Of a stretch of DNA of 64,000 nt, positions 46,962 to 59,004 are shown one piece after another. Numbering within the stretch: the first letter of the stretch is position 1; each line of letters starts with the position of its first letter. Where the stretch lies: NCBI GenBank assembly GCA_041665325.1, contig JBAYJB010000001.1:233286-297285 (forward strand), in the 5' to 3' direction. Source of the DNA: Minisyncoccota bacterium (GTDB taxonomy: Bacteria; Patescibacteriota; Minisyncoccia; Phycocordibacterales; PALSA-1337). The translations under genes and the position numbers were made by a program. Under the pieces are notes generated by a model. That model worked only from the letters and a program-made list of their open reading frames with translations. It was not told the origin of the DNA and searched no databases.

Positions 46962-47493
46962 TTTCTGCGCCCGGCTGGGCATCGAAGTATTGCATGTCGC
47001 CGAAGCCAAACATGGCGGCGAATATCGAGCGTGGAAATCTCTTGATGGAGAGCTCGTAGGCCTTCACATCATCATTGAAGCGTGCGCGTTCTACGGCCAC
47101 GCGGTTCTCGGTGCCTTCGAGTTGGGTCATCAGGTTCTGGACGGTCTCGGACGACTTGAGAGTCGGGTAGTTCTCGACGACGGCCAGGAGACGGCCGAGC
47201 GCTGACTCTACCTGACCGGCTGCCACTGCCTTATCATTCACGCCAACCGCTCCGGAATAGCGAGTGCGGGCATCGGCGATAGCGGTGAACACGGCTTGTT
47301 CCTGCTTCATCACTCCCTTGACTGACTCGACGAGGTTCGGGATGAGGTCGAAGCGGCGCTGATACTGGGTCTCGACTTGCTGCCATCCGGCCGTGGCCGT
47401 CTCCTTGAGCGTGACTAGGCTGTTGTAAGATGACCAGCCGTAGAGGACGATCAAAACTACGATGATGCCGATGGCGATGAGTGTCTTCTTCAT
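46939..47493 (-). CDS. LemA family protein
   Basis: N-terminal TM helix and a LemA fold (NSLVTLKETATAGWQQVETQYQRRFDLIPNLVESVK). The start was taken at MKKTLIAIG. Confidence 0.7.
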   Translation of the reverse strand: MKKTLIAIGIIVVLIVLYGWSSYNSLVTLKETATAGWQQVETQYQRRFDLIPNLVESVKGVMKQEQAVFTAIADARTRYSGAVGVNDKAVAAGQVESALGRLLAVVENYPTLKSSETVQNLMTQLEGTENRVAVERARFNDDVKAYELSIKRFPRSIFAAMFGFGDMQYFDAQPGAENAPKVSL

Positions 47494-47497
47494 AGGT

Positions 47498-48202
47498 TTA
47501 TTTCTTGACTGCCGGCGCCTGGGTCTCATCCTTGCCTTGTGGCGGAGCAACTAGGCCGAAAGACTTGACCATGGCGGTAAAAGCTGTGTCAGCGGCCGTC
47601 TTGATGGCCTTGTTGTTGTTCGTGGCCTGGGTCAGGTTGGAACCGGTGAGCCCCTTGCTGTCCGGCGAGAGCGCGATATAGGAGAAGGCAAAGAAGTAAC
47701 AGAGGCCTCCCTTCTCATAAGAATACATGCGGTTGAAATACGAGCGTCCCTGCACGCTGTTCGAGATGGCGATCATATTGAAGGAGATCGCACCCACAGT
47801 CACAACGCTCCTGTCATCGATAGTTGTGACCGGAGGAAAGGCACATTTACCGAAGGTAACAGTGACATCGGCTTCGATCTTGGCCACGGTAGAGACCTGG
47901 GACTGATCGATCGGCATGATGAAGTGAGCGCCAGAAGAGAGCTCTTCCTTCTCCCAAGAGCTAGGATACTTCACGGAGATGCCGAGCTCGGCGTTCTGAT
48001 ATTGTGAGAGCGAACTGGAGACCTGCGTCGTCTCAGAGACCGGCAGGACTGCGTTCGAACCATTGGTCACCTGATCGAGCGGATTGGCGACAGTGTCGGT
48101 ATCAGAACCCTTATCCGAACGGCCGCCGAACCACACGATACCAGCTACCACGACGATGATAAGGACTATGACGACGATGGCTTTGTTGGAATTATTTCTC
48201 AT
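47498..48202 (-). CDS. membrane-anchored hypothetical protein (paralog A)
   Basis: 234 aa with a TM anchor, then an extracytoplasmic domain containing a (I/V)xYPSxW motif. Similar architecture to the next gene. Confidence 0.35.
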   Translation of the reverse strand: MRNNSNKAIVVIVLIIVVVAGIVWFGGRSDKGSDTDTVANPLDQVTNGSNAVLPVSETTQVSSSLSQYQNAELGISVKYPSSWEKEELSSGAHFIMPIDQSQVSTVAKIEADVTVTFGKCAFPPVTTIDDRSVVTVGAISFNMIAISNSVQGRSYFNRMYSYEKGGLCYFFAFSYIALSPDSKGLTGSNLTQATNNNKAIKTAADTAFTAMVKSFGLVAPPQGKDETQAPAVKK

Positions 48203-48267
48203 GTTGTAGATTATTTAGAGCGCACGAATATGCGCACAGGTGATAATATCACGCTATTATACTGCTT

Positions 48268-49008
48268 TTAGTGCTTTTGGGCAAGGATACGGAGAGTGCC
48301 GACCATGCCATTCAAGATATCGACGACGGCCTCCATATCTACCTCGTGTTGAGCATCATACTTCTTGACGAGCGCCGCATCATCCACATAGAAGCCGGCC
48401 CCGTTCGCCCCATGGCCAAGGAGACTCACGCGATAGCACGAACCGTCCTGCAGGAGATCATAGGCGATCTCCTCATAGCGCTGGCCCGCGCCCACATCAG
48501 TCCCCATAGTACGGACGAAGCTGTATCCATTCAACAAAAATTCAACCGGTTGTCCGTCGGTCGGACCACCCTCGATGGTCTTGGGACAAGAGGATGCTAC
48601 GGATATCGTCACCTTCACATCATCGAGAAGCGGCCAGTGGAAATAGGTGTTCTTCGGAAAAACCAAAGTGAACCGATCGCCGCTCTGACCAGTGATCAGA
48701 TCCGAAGGATATTCGATGGAGTAGCCGAGCTTGTCATCGACATTGATGAACCAGGAAGACGTGTTGATCGGCGGATTCCGTTGGCCGGGGAGCGGGATAG
48801 CGGGAAGAGTGGATGAGGCAGTCGTAGAAGTCGAGGTGGCGTTCGTATCAGATGGTTCGGACGGTGCAGAGGTTGAGACGATGGGGACAGATGTATCGGG
48901 ACCGTTGACGAGCGTGTCGCCCTGGCCGCTGATGATATACCCAGCGGCGGCGATGCCCGCAATGATGACGATCACGAAACCAAGAATGACAAGAGGACGA
49001 GAAGTCAT
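48268..49008 (-). CDS. membrane-anchored hypothetical protein (paralog B)
   Basis: 246 aa with a TM anchor, an S/T-rich linker and the motif SIEYPSDL, aligning with SVKYPSSW of 47498-48202. Confidence 0.35.
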   Translation of the reverse strand: MTSRPLVILGFVIVIIAGIAAAGYIISGQGDTLVNGPDTSVPIVSTSAPSEPSDTNATSTSTTASSTLPAIPLPGQRNPPINTSSWFINVDDKLGYSIEYPSDLITGQSGDRFTLVFPKNTYFHWPLLDDVKVTISVASSCPKTIEGGPTDGQPVEFLLNGYSFVRTMGTDVGAGQRYEEIAYDLLQDGSCYRVSLLGHGANGAGFYVDDAALVKKYDAQHEVDMEAVVDILNGMVGTLRILAQKH

Positions 49009-49014
49009 ATGCCT

Positions 49015-50987
<1,973 letters not shown>

Positions 50988-51112
50988 GTCTTTCATGTTT
51001 TTCGTGATATTCATTAGGTTTTTTGTAATTCTTAAGGTATCGGCCATTATAGGCAAAAAGATACCTTAGTAGCAAGCGATAATATTTTGACTTTGCGACA
51101 TCTCATGTATAA

Positions 51113-53539
51113 TTGAGTGCGATGAAAACCGCGAATGCTCTGATTATTTCCTCCTTTCTGATGCTCGGAATTTCATTTATGCCTTCGTGGGCACGCGCTT
51201 CCACCCTCATCGACAAGCAGATAACCGTCCAGCCGATCCAGGTCACCAGCCTTGACGGGACGACGATAGTCCCCAACCCCTCGCTGATCACTTATGAAGC
51301 CGAGACGGATAAGATATACGCCCAAGCCGGTATAGATATCAAATTCCTCCCATGGATGACCTGGGCTTCCACAACTGCCACCAATGCGTCATCGAACGTC
51401 ACAGCCTTCAATGGTCCCTATGGCCTGACTCAATACCCGAACCAGCCCTGGAGCCTATCCTATTATGGCGGGACTGGTGGATTGAGCGATAAGGTGGTCA
51501 GACTATTCTTCGTCAATTCAATCGGGGGTTCCTCCAGCATTTACGGATTTTCTCTGCAGAGCGGATTGTACGATGGAGGTTTAGGTGTGGTAGTCAATCA
51601 ACAGGTCGGGGGTATCATTTCCAACAACACATTTACGAGCAATCGGATCGATGTGATAGCGCATGAGATCGGACATTTGTTAGCGCTCGATCATGACGAT
51701 ATGGGTGCTGGCGGAGCCACGAATCTTATGACATCCGGCAGTTCTAGGACTGCCGTCAATTCTATCAGCAATATCTATCCCGACGGGATCGACGCTGACT
51801 TCATGACTGGGACGATCGGTGGCACCGATTGGGGGAACGATGTCGGTCCTGTCGATGGTTTCCAGATCGATCGCGCTCGAAAAATGAAGATAACTCAAGA
51901 CCTTCCGCTCAATGAGCAATATTATTACCCCCCTGAAGGAGATATCACCGCCCCCAGCGTCTCCATGACAGCCCCGTCGAACGGAGCCACGGTCTCGGGC
52001 GCTTCGGTCACAGTCTCGGCCACGGCGTCTGACGATGTCGGGGTTTCCGGCGTGCAATTCAAGCTCGATACCAATACCTTGGTCGGAGCCGAGGATACTA
52101 CGAGCACATATGGTGTGACTTGGGATTCGACAGGTGTGGCCGATGGGTCACATACCCTCATCGCCGTAGCCCGCGATGACGCCGGGAACCGCGCCACTTC
52201 TACGGCCGTCACGGTCACGGTGGATAATACCGCACCGGTGCGTTCGGCCGGGGCACCTTCGGGTACGCTGGCGGCAAATACAACCGCCACTACCCTCTCG
52301 CTCACCACAAATGAAAGCGCCACCTGCAAGTATTCCACGAGCGCCGATACAGCCTACGGCTCCATGACATCATTCAGCACGACCGGCGGGACTTCGCATT
52401 CAACAGCGGTCTCCGGACTGACGAACTCCACTTCCTACACCTATTACGTCAAATGTTCCGACGGACAGGTCAATACGAGCGCCACTGACTATTCGATCTC
52501 ATTCAGCGTCGCCGCGGACACGACTGCTCCCGTCATCTCTTCGGTCACCGCCTCGGTCGTCACAGTCTCCGGCGCGACCATCACCTGGACGACCGATGAG
52601 AACGCCGACAGTCAGGTGGAATACGGTCTCACCGCCGGGTACGGCAGTCAGACGACCCTGGACGCTACCCTGACGACTTCGCATTCACAGACTCTGACCG
52701 GGTTGAGCGCCAATACGGTGTATTATTATAGGGTCATCTCCGCCGATTCCTTGGCGAACAGCGCCAGCTCTCCTGGCGCTACATTCACCACCTCGGCGGC
52801 AGCAACAGGTAGTAGTGGAGGTGGAGGCGGAGGGGGTGGTGGAGGCGGAGGTGGGGGCAGTGCGGCAAACACAAACTTCTTCCTACCAAACACCTTGCCG
52901 ACATCTACTGCGGCCGTAATACCTAGGGTACCGATTTTGCCGGCAACGAGCCCGGCCACCAATCACTCATCCTTCAGTCATGACCTGATGCTGGCCACGA
53001 GAGACCCGGACGTCAGGAACCTACAGAAATATCTCAATGCCAACGGCTTCATCGTGGCGGCAAGCGGACCGGGATCATCTGGGAATGAAACCGACTATTT
53101 CGGACCGGCTACCACAAGAGCTGTAGCTATGTTCCAGGCCAAGAATGGCATCGTCCCGGCCGTCGGATATTTCGGCCCGAAGACCAGGGCTCTGCTCAAT
53201 AGCCTGACCTCCGCCACGGGCGCTACTAACACCACTGCCCTGCCGATCACGGATATACCGATCTACAATCTGCCCGTCTCGACCACGACCGGGATCATCC
53301 CCAGCCGCGACTTATTCCTCGGCATCAAAGATCCCGAAGTCAGAACACTTCAAATCTTCCTGAACGCGCACGGGTATACGATCTCCGCCGTTGGCGCCGG
53401 TTCCCCTGGTCTCGAATCCGATTTCTTTGGTCCAGCCACCAATGCGGCCCTGATCAGATTCCAAACCGCCTACGGTATCATCCCAGCTGTCGGATATTTC
53501 GGTCCGAAGACCAGAGAGGCTTTGTCGAAACTCCGCTAA
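51113..53539 (+). CDS. secreted multidomain zinc metalloprotease (zincin HExxH) with Ig/FN3-like repeats, poly-Gly linker and two peptidoglycan-binding domains
   Basis: Signal peptide. VIAHEIGHLLALDHDD is a HExxH+H zinc site. At least three Ig/FN3-like beta-sandwich repeats (TAPVISSVTA...). G14 run at aa 568-581 (nt 52814-52855). Two PG_binding_1-like repeats (DPDVRNLQKYLNANGF..., DPEVRTLQIFLNAHGY...). Confidence 0.65.
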   Translation: MSAMKTANALIISSFLMLGISFMPSWARASTLIDKQITVQPIQVTSLDGTTIVPNPSLITYEAETDKIYAQAGIDIKFLPWMTWASTTATNASSNVTAFNGPYGLTQYPNQPWSLSYYGGTGGLSDKVVRLFFVNSIGGSSSIYGFSLQSGLYDGGLGVVVNQQVGGIISNNTFTSNRIDVIAHEIGHLLALDHDDMGAGGATNLMTSGSSRTAVNSISNIYPDGIDADFMTGTIGGTDWGNDVGPVDGFQIDRARKMKITQDLPLNEQYYYPPEGDITAPSVSMTAPSNGATVSGASVTVSATASDDVGVSGVQFKLDTNTLVGAEDTTSTYGVTWDSTGVADGSHTLIAVARDDAGNRATSTAVTVTVDNTAPVRSAGAPSGTLAANTTATTLSLTTNESATCKYSTSADTAYGSMTSFSTTGGTSHSTAVSGLTNSTSYTYYVKCSDGQVNTSATDYSISFSVAADTTAPVISSVTASVVTVSGATITWTTDENADSQVEYGLTAGYGSQTTLDATLTTSHSQTLTGLSANTVYYYRVISADSLANSASSPGATFTTSAAATGSSGGGGGGGGGGGGGGSAANTNFFLPNTLPTSTAAVIPRVPILPATSPATNHSSFSHDLMLATRDPDVRNLQKYLNANGFIVAASGPGSSGNETDYFGPATTRAVAMFQAKNGIVPAVGYFGPKTRALLNSLTSATGATNTTALPITDIPIYNLPVSTTTGIIPSRDLFLGIKDPEVRTLQIFLNAHGYTISAVGAGSPGLESDFFGPATNAALIRFQTAYGIIPAVGYFGPKTREALSKLR

Positions 53540-53576
53540 GTTGCAAATAAATGTCATTGTGTTACACTAATCGCCA

Positions 53577-53798
53577 ATGAAGTCTCTCCTCCCTTACGTC
53601 CAGATCATTCTGTCTGTGCTTTTGGTAGCTATAATCCTGCTCCAAAGAACGGGCGCACAAGTAGGAGGGGCCTTCGGTGGTAGCGATAACTGGTCCTCGG
53701 CATTCCACACTCGCCGCGGTCTCGAAAAAGTCCTATTCACGGCAACGATCATCATCGCTGTTCTGTTCGCCCTCTCGGCTCTCCTTAATCTCATATAG
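53577..53798 (+). CDS. secG: preprotein translocase subunit SecG
   Basis: 73 aa with two TM helices and the Gly-rich inter-helix segment LLQRTGAQVGGAFGG typical of SecG. Confidence 0.6.
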   Translation: MKSLLPYVQIILSVLLVAIILLQRTGAQVGGAFGGSDNWSSAFHTRRGLEKVLFTATIIIAVLFALSALLNLI

Positions 53799-53831
53799 AT
53801 CCGACCGTTCGGAAAACTCTTATTTCATATT

Positions 53832-55568
53832 GTGACTGATCAACAACCCAAAGAATTGCGCCTGAAAAACAGCGCCGCCATATTGGACTATATACAACGC
53901 TTCTCCGCGACCGAGAAGGCTATTTTCAGTTTGTTCGTCGCCGGGGCCGTGGTGACAGCCGTCATCATGGCTCTGCAGGTGAACGGCCTTTTTTTGACCG
54001 AAATCCCCGGACATGGCGGCACCCTTCATGAGGGCCTGATCGGCCTGCCCCACACAGTCAATCCGGTCCTGGCAGTGACCGACATCGATCGCGACATCTC
54101 TTCGCTCGTCTATGCCGGTCTCACCAAGTACCAAAACGGAACGATCGTGCCCGACCTTGCACAGGACTGGAATATCTCTCCCGACGGCCTGACTTATACT
54201 TTCAATCTGCGGCCGGAGTTAGAATTCCATGACGGCGTGCCGGTCACGACCCAGGATGTCCTATTCACCGTCTCTAAGATCCAAGATCCGGCCTTGAAGA
54301 GCCCGCGCCTGGCAGATTGGGCCGGCATATCCGCTACCACCACTTCGCCTCTTACTATCCAATTCACCTTAAAGAAACCTTACAGCTCATTCCTGTCTAG
54401 CACAGTCGTGGGCATCATCCCTAAGCATATCTGGGGATCCGTCAGCGACGATCAATTCATCTTCAGCGAATATAACATCAAACCGATCGGTGCCGGACCA
54501 TACCACATCATCGGGCTAGATCGCGATAAGGGCGGCATACCCACTGATTACCATTTGTCAGTCTGGAACGGTTATCATGGAGATAGTCCTTATATAAGCA
54601 ATGTAGACTTTTCTTTCTTCGCCGACGAAGATCATGCTCTGACTGCGTTCGGCAACGGCACGATCGACAGTCTTGCTTCGGTGTCGTCGGACGCCGCCGT
54701 TGAGCTGGCGTCGAATACCGGCGAACCCTACGCTATTTCATCTGCCCCGCTCAATCGCACCTTCGGCGTATTCTTCAACCAGAACTCCAATCGTGTGCTC
54801 GCCGATCTAGTCGTCCGTCGAGCGCTCAACATGTCTGTCGACCGCGAACGGATCATCGATACTGTCCTCGGCGGCTATGGCCAGGCGGTGAGCGGGCTCC
54901 TACCACCCGAGCTCCAGATCGGCTCAACCACAGCGGTCAAGACAGACTTGGCCGGAGCCCAGAACCTCATGAAGAAGAATGGTTGGATCATCGGATCCAA
55001 CGGAGTATACGAGACGAAAGTCACAAAGAAAAGCGCCACTACCACCCTCTCATTCACGCTCTACACGAGCAACACGCCGGACCTTAAGAAGACCGCCGAC
55101 CTCATCAAGGAAGACTGGGCCCGGTTCGGAGCGGCCGTCACGATCAAGACTTTCGAACCTGGAGATCTATACCAGAACATCATCAGAACTAGGAATTACG
55201 ACGCCCTGCTCTTCGGCGAAGCCCCGGGCCGCAACAATGATCTCTATTCATTCTGGCACTCATCGCAAAGGAACGCCCCGGGCCTCAATGTGGCCATGTA
55301 CACGAACAGCAAGGCGGACAAGATCCTCGATAGTATCCGCATTGCCACCGGCACGGATGCTGTCGCCTCTCTGTATGGACAGCTCGATCAATTGATCCGC
55401 AATGAGGTCCCAGCCATCTTCCTCTACACCCCGGATTTCATCTATGCCGTGCCCAAAACGCTCCGCGGGATGGCTCTCGGCACGATGGTCGTGCCGACAG
55501 ACCGCTTCGCTTCGATCGGCGACTGGTACCTGGAAACCGAGGATGTTTGGGATATCTTTGCACATTAA
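53832..55568 (+). CDS. ABC transporter substrate-binding protein, family 5 (OppA/DppA-like), membrane-anchored
   Basis: 578 aa with an N-terminal TM anchor and an SBP_bac_5 fold (LVYAGLTKYQNGTIVPDLAQDWNISPDGLTYTFNLRP). Confidence 0.75.
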   Translation: MTDQQPKELRLKNSAAILDYIQRFSATEKAIFSLFVAGAVVTAVIMALQVNGLFLTEIPGHGGTLHEGLIGLPHTVNPVLAVTDIDRDISSLVYAGLTKYQNGTIVPDLAQDWNISPDGLTYTFNLRPELEFHDGVPVTTQDVLFTVSKIQDPALKSPRLADWAGISATTTSPLTIQFTLKKPYSSFLSSTVVGIIPKHIWGSVSDDQFIFSEYNIKPIGAGPYHIIGLDRDKGGIPTDYHLSVWNGYHGDSPYISNVDFSFFADEDHALTAFGNGTIDSLASVSSDAAVELASNTGEPYAISSAPLNRTFGVFFNQNSNRVLADLVVRRALNMSVDRERIIDTVLGGYGQAVSGLLPPELQIGSTTAVKTDLAGAQNLMKKNGWIIGSNGVYETKVTKKSATTTLSFTLYTSNTPDLKKTADLIKEDWARFGAAVTIKTFEPGDLYQNIIRTRNYDALLFGEAPGRNNDLYSFWHSSQRNAPGLNVAMYTNSKADKILDSIRIATGTDAVASLYGQLDQLIRNEVPAIFLYTPDFIYAVPKTLRGMALGTMVVPTDRFASIGDWYLETEDVWDIFAH

Positions 55569-55583
55569 TCAATCATAAATACT

Positions 55584-57608
55584 ATGGATACATCACCACA
55601 GCCGAACAGCTCTGCCCCCAAGAAACCTTTTTCGCACTCGCATAATAGGGATGGCCACCGCCAGCATCAACAGGCGCGCACTAGGATATTGAGGAATGAT
55701 ACCCGCCCACCAGTTGCCGGTGGAGCGATAGCAGGCAACCGGCCGGCCAATCCAGCTCCGGCTCCGTACCAGGGCCATCATCGTATCGTACTCGGCCGAG
55801 GCGCCCGCAAAGTAGCCGGCGTCGGCCACATCGCCGGCGCGCGCATGTCGATCGTCAGGAAAGCCGGCAAGATGGGTCGGAAGGGCCCTTCCAAGCCACC
55901 CGGTCCGAATCGTGCCGGCGACATCATCCCACCTCTCTCCGACGGCGCGATTCGCATCGTGCCGCTAGGCGGCGTCGAGGAAGTCGGCCGCAACATGACC
56001 GCTATCGAATACAAGAACGAGATCATCATCGTGGACATGGGCTTCCAATTCAAGGAGGAAGGCACCCCGGGCATCGACTACATCCTGCCAAATACCAAAT
56101 ATCTCGAGGAACGCCGCGAGAAGATCAAGGGCGTCTTCATCACTCACGGCCACCTGGACCATATCGGCGGTATCCCCTACATCATGCCGAGGATCGGCAA
56201 TCCCCCCATGTATTCGAGACAATTCGGCGCCATCATGATCATGAAGCGTCAGACGGAATTCCCGCATGTCCCGCCGATCAACATGAAAGTTCTCGACAAG
56301 AATGAGACCATCACCATAAGCCCCCACTGGAAAGTCGAGACTTTCGCTATCTCCCACACCATTCCCGACGCCATGGGCCTGATCATCCATACCGGTGTCG
56401 GCGATATAGTCTTCATCGAGGATGTGCGCGTAGACAATGTGAAGGGTGTGCCGACCGAGGAAGAAGAGCGCCAGTATGCCCGCTTCAAGGGCAAGAAGGC
56501 TCTCCTCCTGACCATGGACTCGACATCGATCGAGAAGCACGGCTTCTCCCTGTCGGAGAGCACTGTGACCGAGAACATCGAGAAGCTCATCAGAGCGGCG
56601 GGTGGACGCATCATCATCGGCACCTTCGCCTCACAGGTGGAGCGCATCATCAATATCATCAAGATCGCCGAGCGCTACAACAAGAAGATCGCCATCGAAG
56701 GCCGTAGCATGAAGACGAACATCGAGATCATCAAGACCTTGAAGCTCGCCGAGATCACCAATATCATCCCGATCGAAGAGATCGAGAATCACGCTCCGGA
56801 CAGGATCATCATGCTCGTGACCGGCGCCCAGGGCGAGGAATTCGCCGCGCTCGGCCGTATCGCCAACAAGACCCACAAGTTCATCAAGCTCCGCCCGACT
56901 GACACAATCATCCTCTCCTCGTCGATCATCCCGACCAACCACAACGCCGTGATCAAGCTCAAAGACAACCTCTACAGGAGCGATGCCAAGGTCATCACCT
57001 ATCTCGACTCCGATATCCACGCTTCAGGGCACGGCAACCGTGACGAGCTCAAATGGATCCATGAGCATGTCGACTACAAATTCTTCATGCCGGTACACGG
57101 CCACCACTACATGCTCCGCCAGCACGCCGAGCTGGCCCTGTCCCTCGGCGCGCCTCGAGAGAATGTGGTCATCCCCGACAACGGCTCGATCATCGAGATC
57201 GACCCGACCGGAGACAAGATCACAGTGCGCAAAGAGAAGGCACCTTCTGGCCTCGTCCTCGTGGACGGCTTCTCCGTCGGCGATGTCCAGGATGTGGTCA
57301 TCCGCGACCGCCAGATGCTCGCCCAGGACGGCATCTTCATCATCTTCGGCATCATCAATGCCACCACCGGCAAGCTCAAGAAGTCACCCGACATCATCTC
57401 CCGCGGCTTCGTCTATCTGCGCGAATCACAGGAGCTCTTGCACGGCGTGCGCCTCCTCATCAAAGACACCATCGAAGGATCCACCCGCGGCATGAATCCG
57501 ATCAACCTCGACCTAGTCAAAGACAACGTCACTGACGCCGTATCCAAGTTCCTCCTCCAAGAGACCGCCAAAAGGCCGATGGTCATCCCCGTTATATTGA
57601 CGATCTAA
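55584..57608 (+). CDS. rnj: ribonuclease J (metallo-beta-lactamase/beta-CASP) with ~125-aa low-complexity N-terminal extension
   Basis: MBL HxHxDH motif (ITHGHLDHIGG), beta-CASP and C-terminal domain. The conserved core begins about IRIVPLGGVEEVG (aa about 127). The first 125 aa are Pro/Gly/Arg/His-rich. The true start may be internal, for example MSIVRK at about 55845. Confidence 0.8.
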   Translation: MDTSPQPNSSAPKKPFSHSHNRDGHRQHQQARTRILRNDTRPPVAGGAIAGNRPANPAPAPYQGHHRIVLGRGARKVAGVGHIAGARMSIVRKAGKMGRKGPSKPPGPNRAGDIIPPLSDGAIRIVPLGGVEEVGRNMTAIEYKNEIIIVDMGFQFKEEGTPGIDYILPNTKYLEERREKIKGVFITHGHLDHIGGIPYIMPRIGNPPMYSRQFGAIMIMKRQTEFPHVPPINMKVLDKNETITISPHWKVETFAISHTIPDAMGLIIHTGVGDIVFIEDVRVDNVKGVPTEEEERQYARFKGKKALLLTMDSTSIEKHGFSLSESTVTENIEKLIRAAGGRIIIGTFASQVERIINIIKIAERYNKKIAIEGRSMKTNIEIIKTLKLAEITNIIPIEEIENHAPDRIIMLVTGAQGEEFAALGRIANKTHKFIKLRPTDTIILSSSIIPTNHNAVIKLKDNLYRSDAKVITYLDSDIHASGHGNRDELKWIHEHVDYKFFMPVHGHHYMLRQHAELALSLGAPRENVVIPDNGSIIEIDPTGDKITVRKEKAPSGLVLVDGFSVGDVQDVVIRDRQMLAQDGIFIIFGIINATTGKLKKSPDIISRGFVYLRESQELLHGVRLLIKDTIEGSTRGMNPINLDLVKDNVTDAVSKFLLQETAKRPMVIPVILTI

Positions 57609-58981
57609 TACCCTTGCGTGAGATCGATCTGGGATTGTATAGAATTGGTACCGCTATACGCCATCGACAGGATATTGTTGGCGTAGCCGGTAGCGCCTGT
57701 CACTCTGCCGCAAGCCTGACCTGAATAATAGCGGCAAGCGGCATTCTTCTGGGCATTGGTCGAGACACCGTTTGCACTCGTACCGCCCAGGTCAGACAAG
57801 TACATGGCTGAAGCCATGAAGGCATCCAGGGGCTTCCAAGGATTTGCTACTGATACTCCTACGGCTGCTGCTATCCTGTCCTTGAGGAGCATCCAAGTCG
57901 AAGGGATGAATTGAGCCGGACCCATAGCGCCTCCGTAGCCGATCGATTGCGGACATGAGACTACGGTCGTCTTGTAGTCATAACCGAGAGATTTAGTGAT
58001 AGCCAGGAATGGCTGGACATCGCGGCTAGCCTTCATGACATTGGGGACAGCGGCATTAGTCTCGGTATTCACGCCAGAACCCACCGAAGTGTTGGTCAGA
58101 TAGCAGGTGCCGACATTACCACCGATGTTGGTCTCTTGCTTGAGAAGGGCCAGGAGGAATGCCGGCTGAACGCCGGTCTTTTGATATACGATACGGGCAT
58201 AGTTGAGCGCTTCACCGAAAGGTATGGCCTTGGATCCAGCCAGCGGGAAGAGCGCTGCCAAAACCTTGCTAGCTTGAGCAGCCTTCTGGGCCGCCAGAGA
58301 GGCGTAAGCCTTCTTGTTCTGCTCGCTGATATTGAGGAGGGCTTGGAGTTCCTTTTGATTGGTTTCGACCTTCTTCTGCTGTTCCTGGATCTCATAACGG
58401 GCATCTACCTCTGTATTGCGTCGTTTGTCGAGGGTATCCTTCTCTGCTTCAGTTTCGGCTTGATCTGAACGGAGCTTCTCGAAAAGGGTCTTTAGACTTT
58501 CCTGGACAGCCTGGAAAGTATCCACGTCATTGAAGAAACTAGAGATAGAGCTTTGAGACAAGAGCACCTCGGCCAGAGAAGCGGCCTCGAACTCATTGGT
58601 CTTACGCAAGAGCTGGGATAGTGTTTGGCGATTCTTGGCGATGTGCTCCTCGAGATCCTCTATGTGAGCCTGTTTGACCTGGATATCGTTGCCCAAAGTC
58701 TGGATCAGGAGTGTTTTAGCTTGGATGTCGAGCTGGGCTGCCTTGATCTTGGCGCGCAGAAGAGCGATATCCCGCTCATAGGAAGAGCTTTTGAGCTGTT
58801 GGGCAGCGGCGGCGGCTTCGGCCTCCTTGCGCTCTGCTTCCAGACGATTATATTCGATCTGGCATTGAGCCTTCTCCTGCGGAGTATCACACTTGATGGA
58901 TTGAGCATGCGCCGAACCAGGCACCACGATGGTCGCGGCAAACAAAAAAGCCCATGGTAGAACCTTGATCGTCGGCTTCAT
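57605..58981 (-). CDS. secreted coiled-coil protein with C-terminal lytic transglycosylase (SLT/MltB-like) domain
   Basis: Signal peptide, about 220 aa of heptad-repeat coiled coil, then a C-terminal domain with QETNIGGNVG and AMGPAQFIPSTW (compare G-x-MQF-PSTW of the MltB/SLT family). Confidence 0.55.
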   Translation of the reverse strand: MKPTIKVLPWAFLFAATIVVPGSAHAQSIKCDTPQEKAQCQIEYNRLEAERKEAEAAAAAQQLKSSSYERDIALLRAKIKAAQLDIQAKTLLIQTLGNDIQVKQAHIEDLEEHIAKNRQTLSQLLRKTNEFEAASLAEVLLSQSSISSFFNDVDTFQAVQESLKTLFEKLRSDQAETEAEKDTLDKRRNTEVDARYEIQEQQKKVETNQKELQALLNISEQNKKAYASLAAQKAAQASKVLAALFPLAGSKAIPFGEALNYARIVYQKTGVQPAFLLALLKQETNIGGNVGTCYLTNTSVGSGVNTETNAAVPNVMKASRDVQPFLAITKSLGYDYKTTVVSCPQSIGYGGAMGPAQFIPSTWMLLKDRIAAAVGVSVANPWKPLDAFMASAMYLSDLGGTSANGVSTNAQKNAACRYYSGQACGRVTGATGYANNILSMAYSGTNSIQSQIDLTQGY

Positions 58982-59004
58982 GGGCTAATTATAGCAAATT
59001 TATA

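Noticed and set aside
52814-52855. Poly-Gly coding tract in the metalloprotease as a slipped-strand phase-variation site
   Set aside because: The Gly run uses mixed GGA/GGT/GGC/GGG codons, not a homopolymeric or simple repeat. Slippage potential is low.
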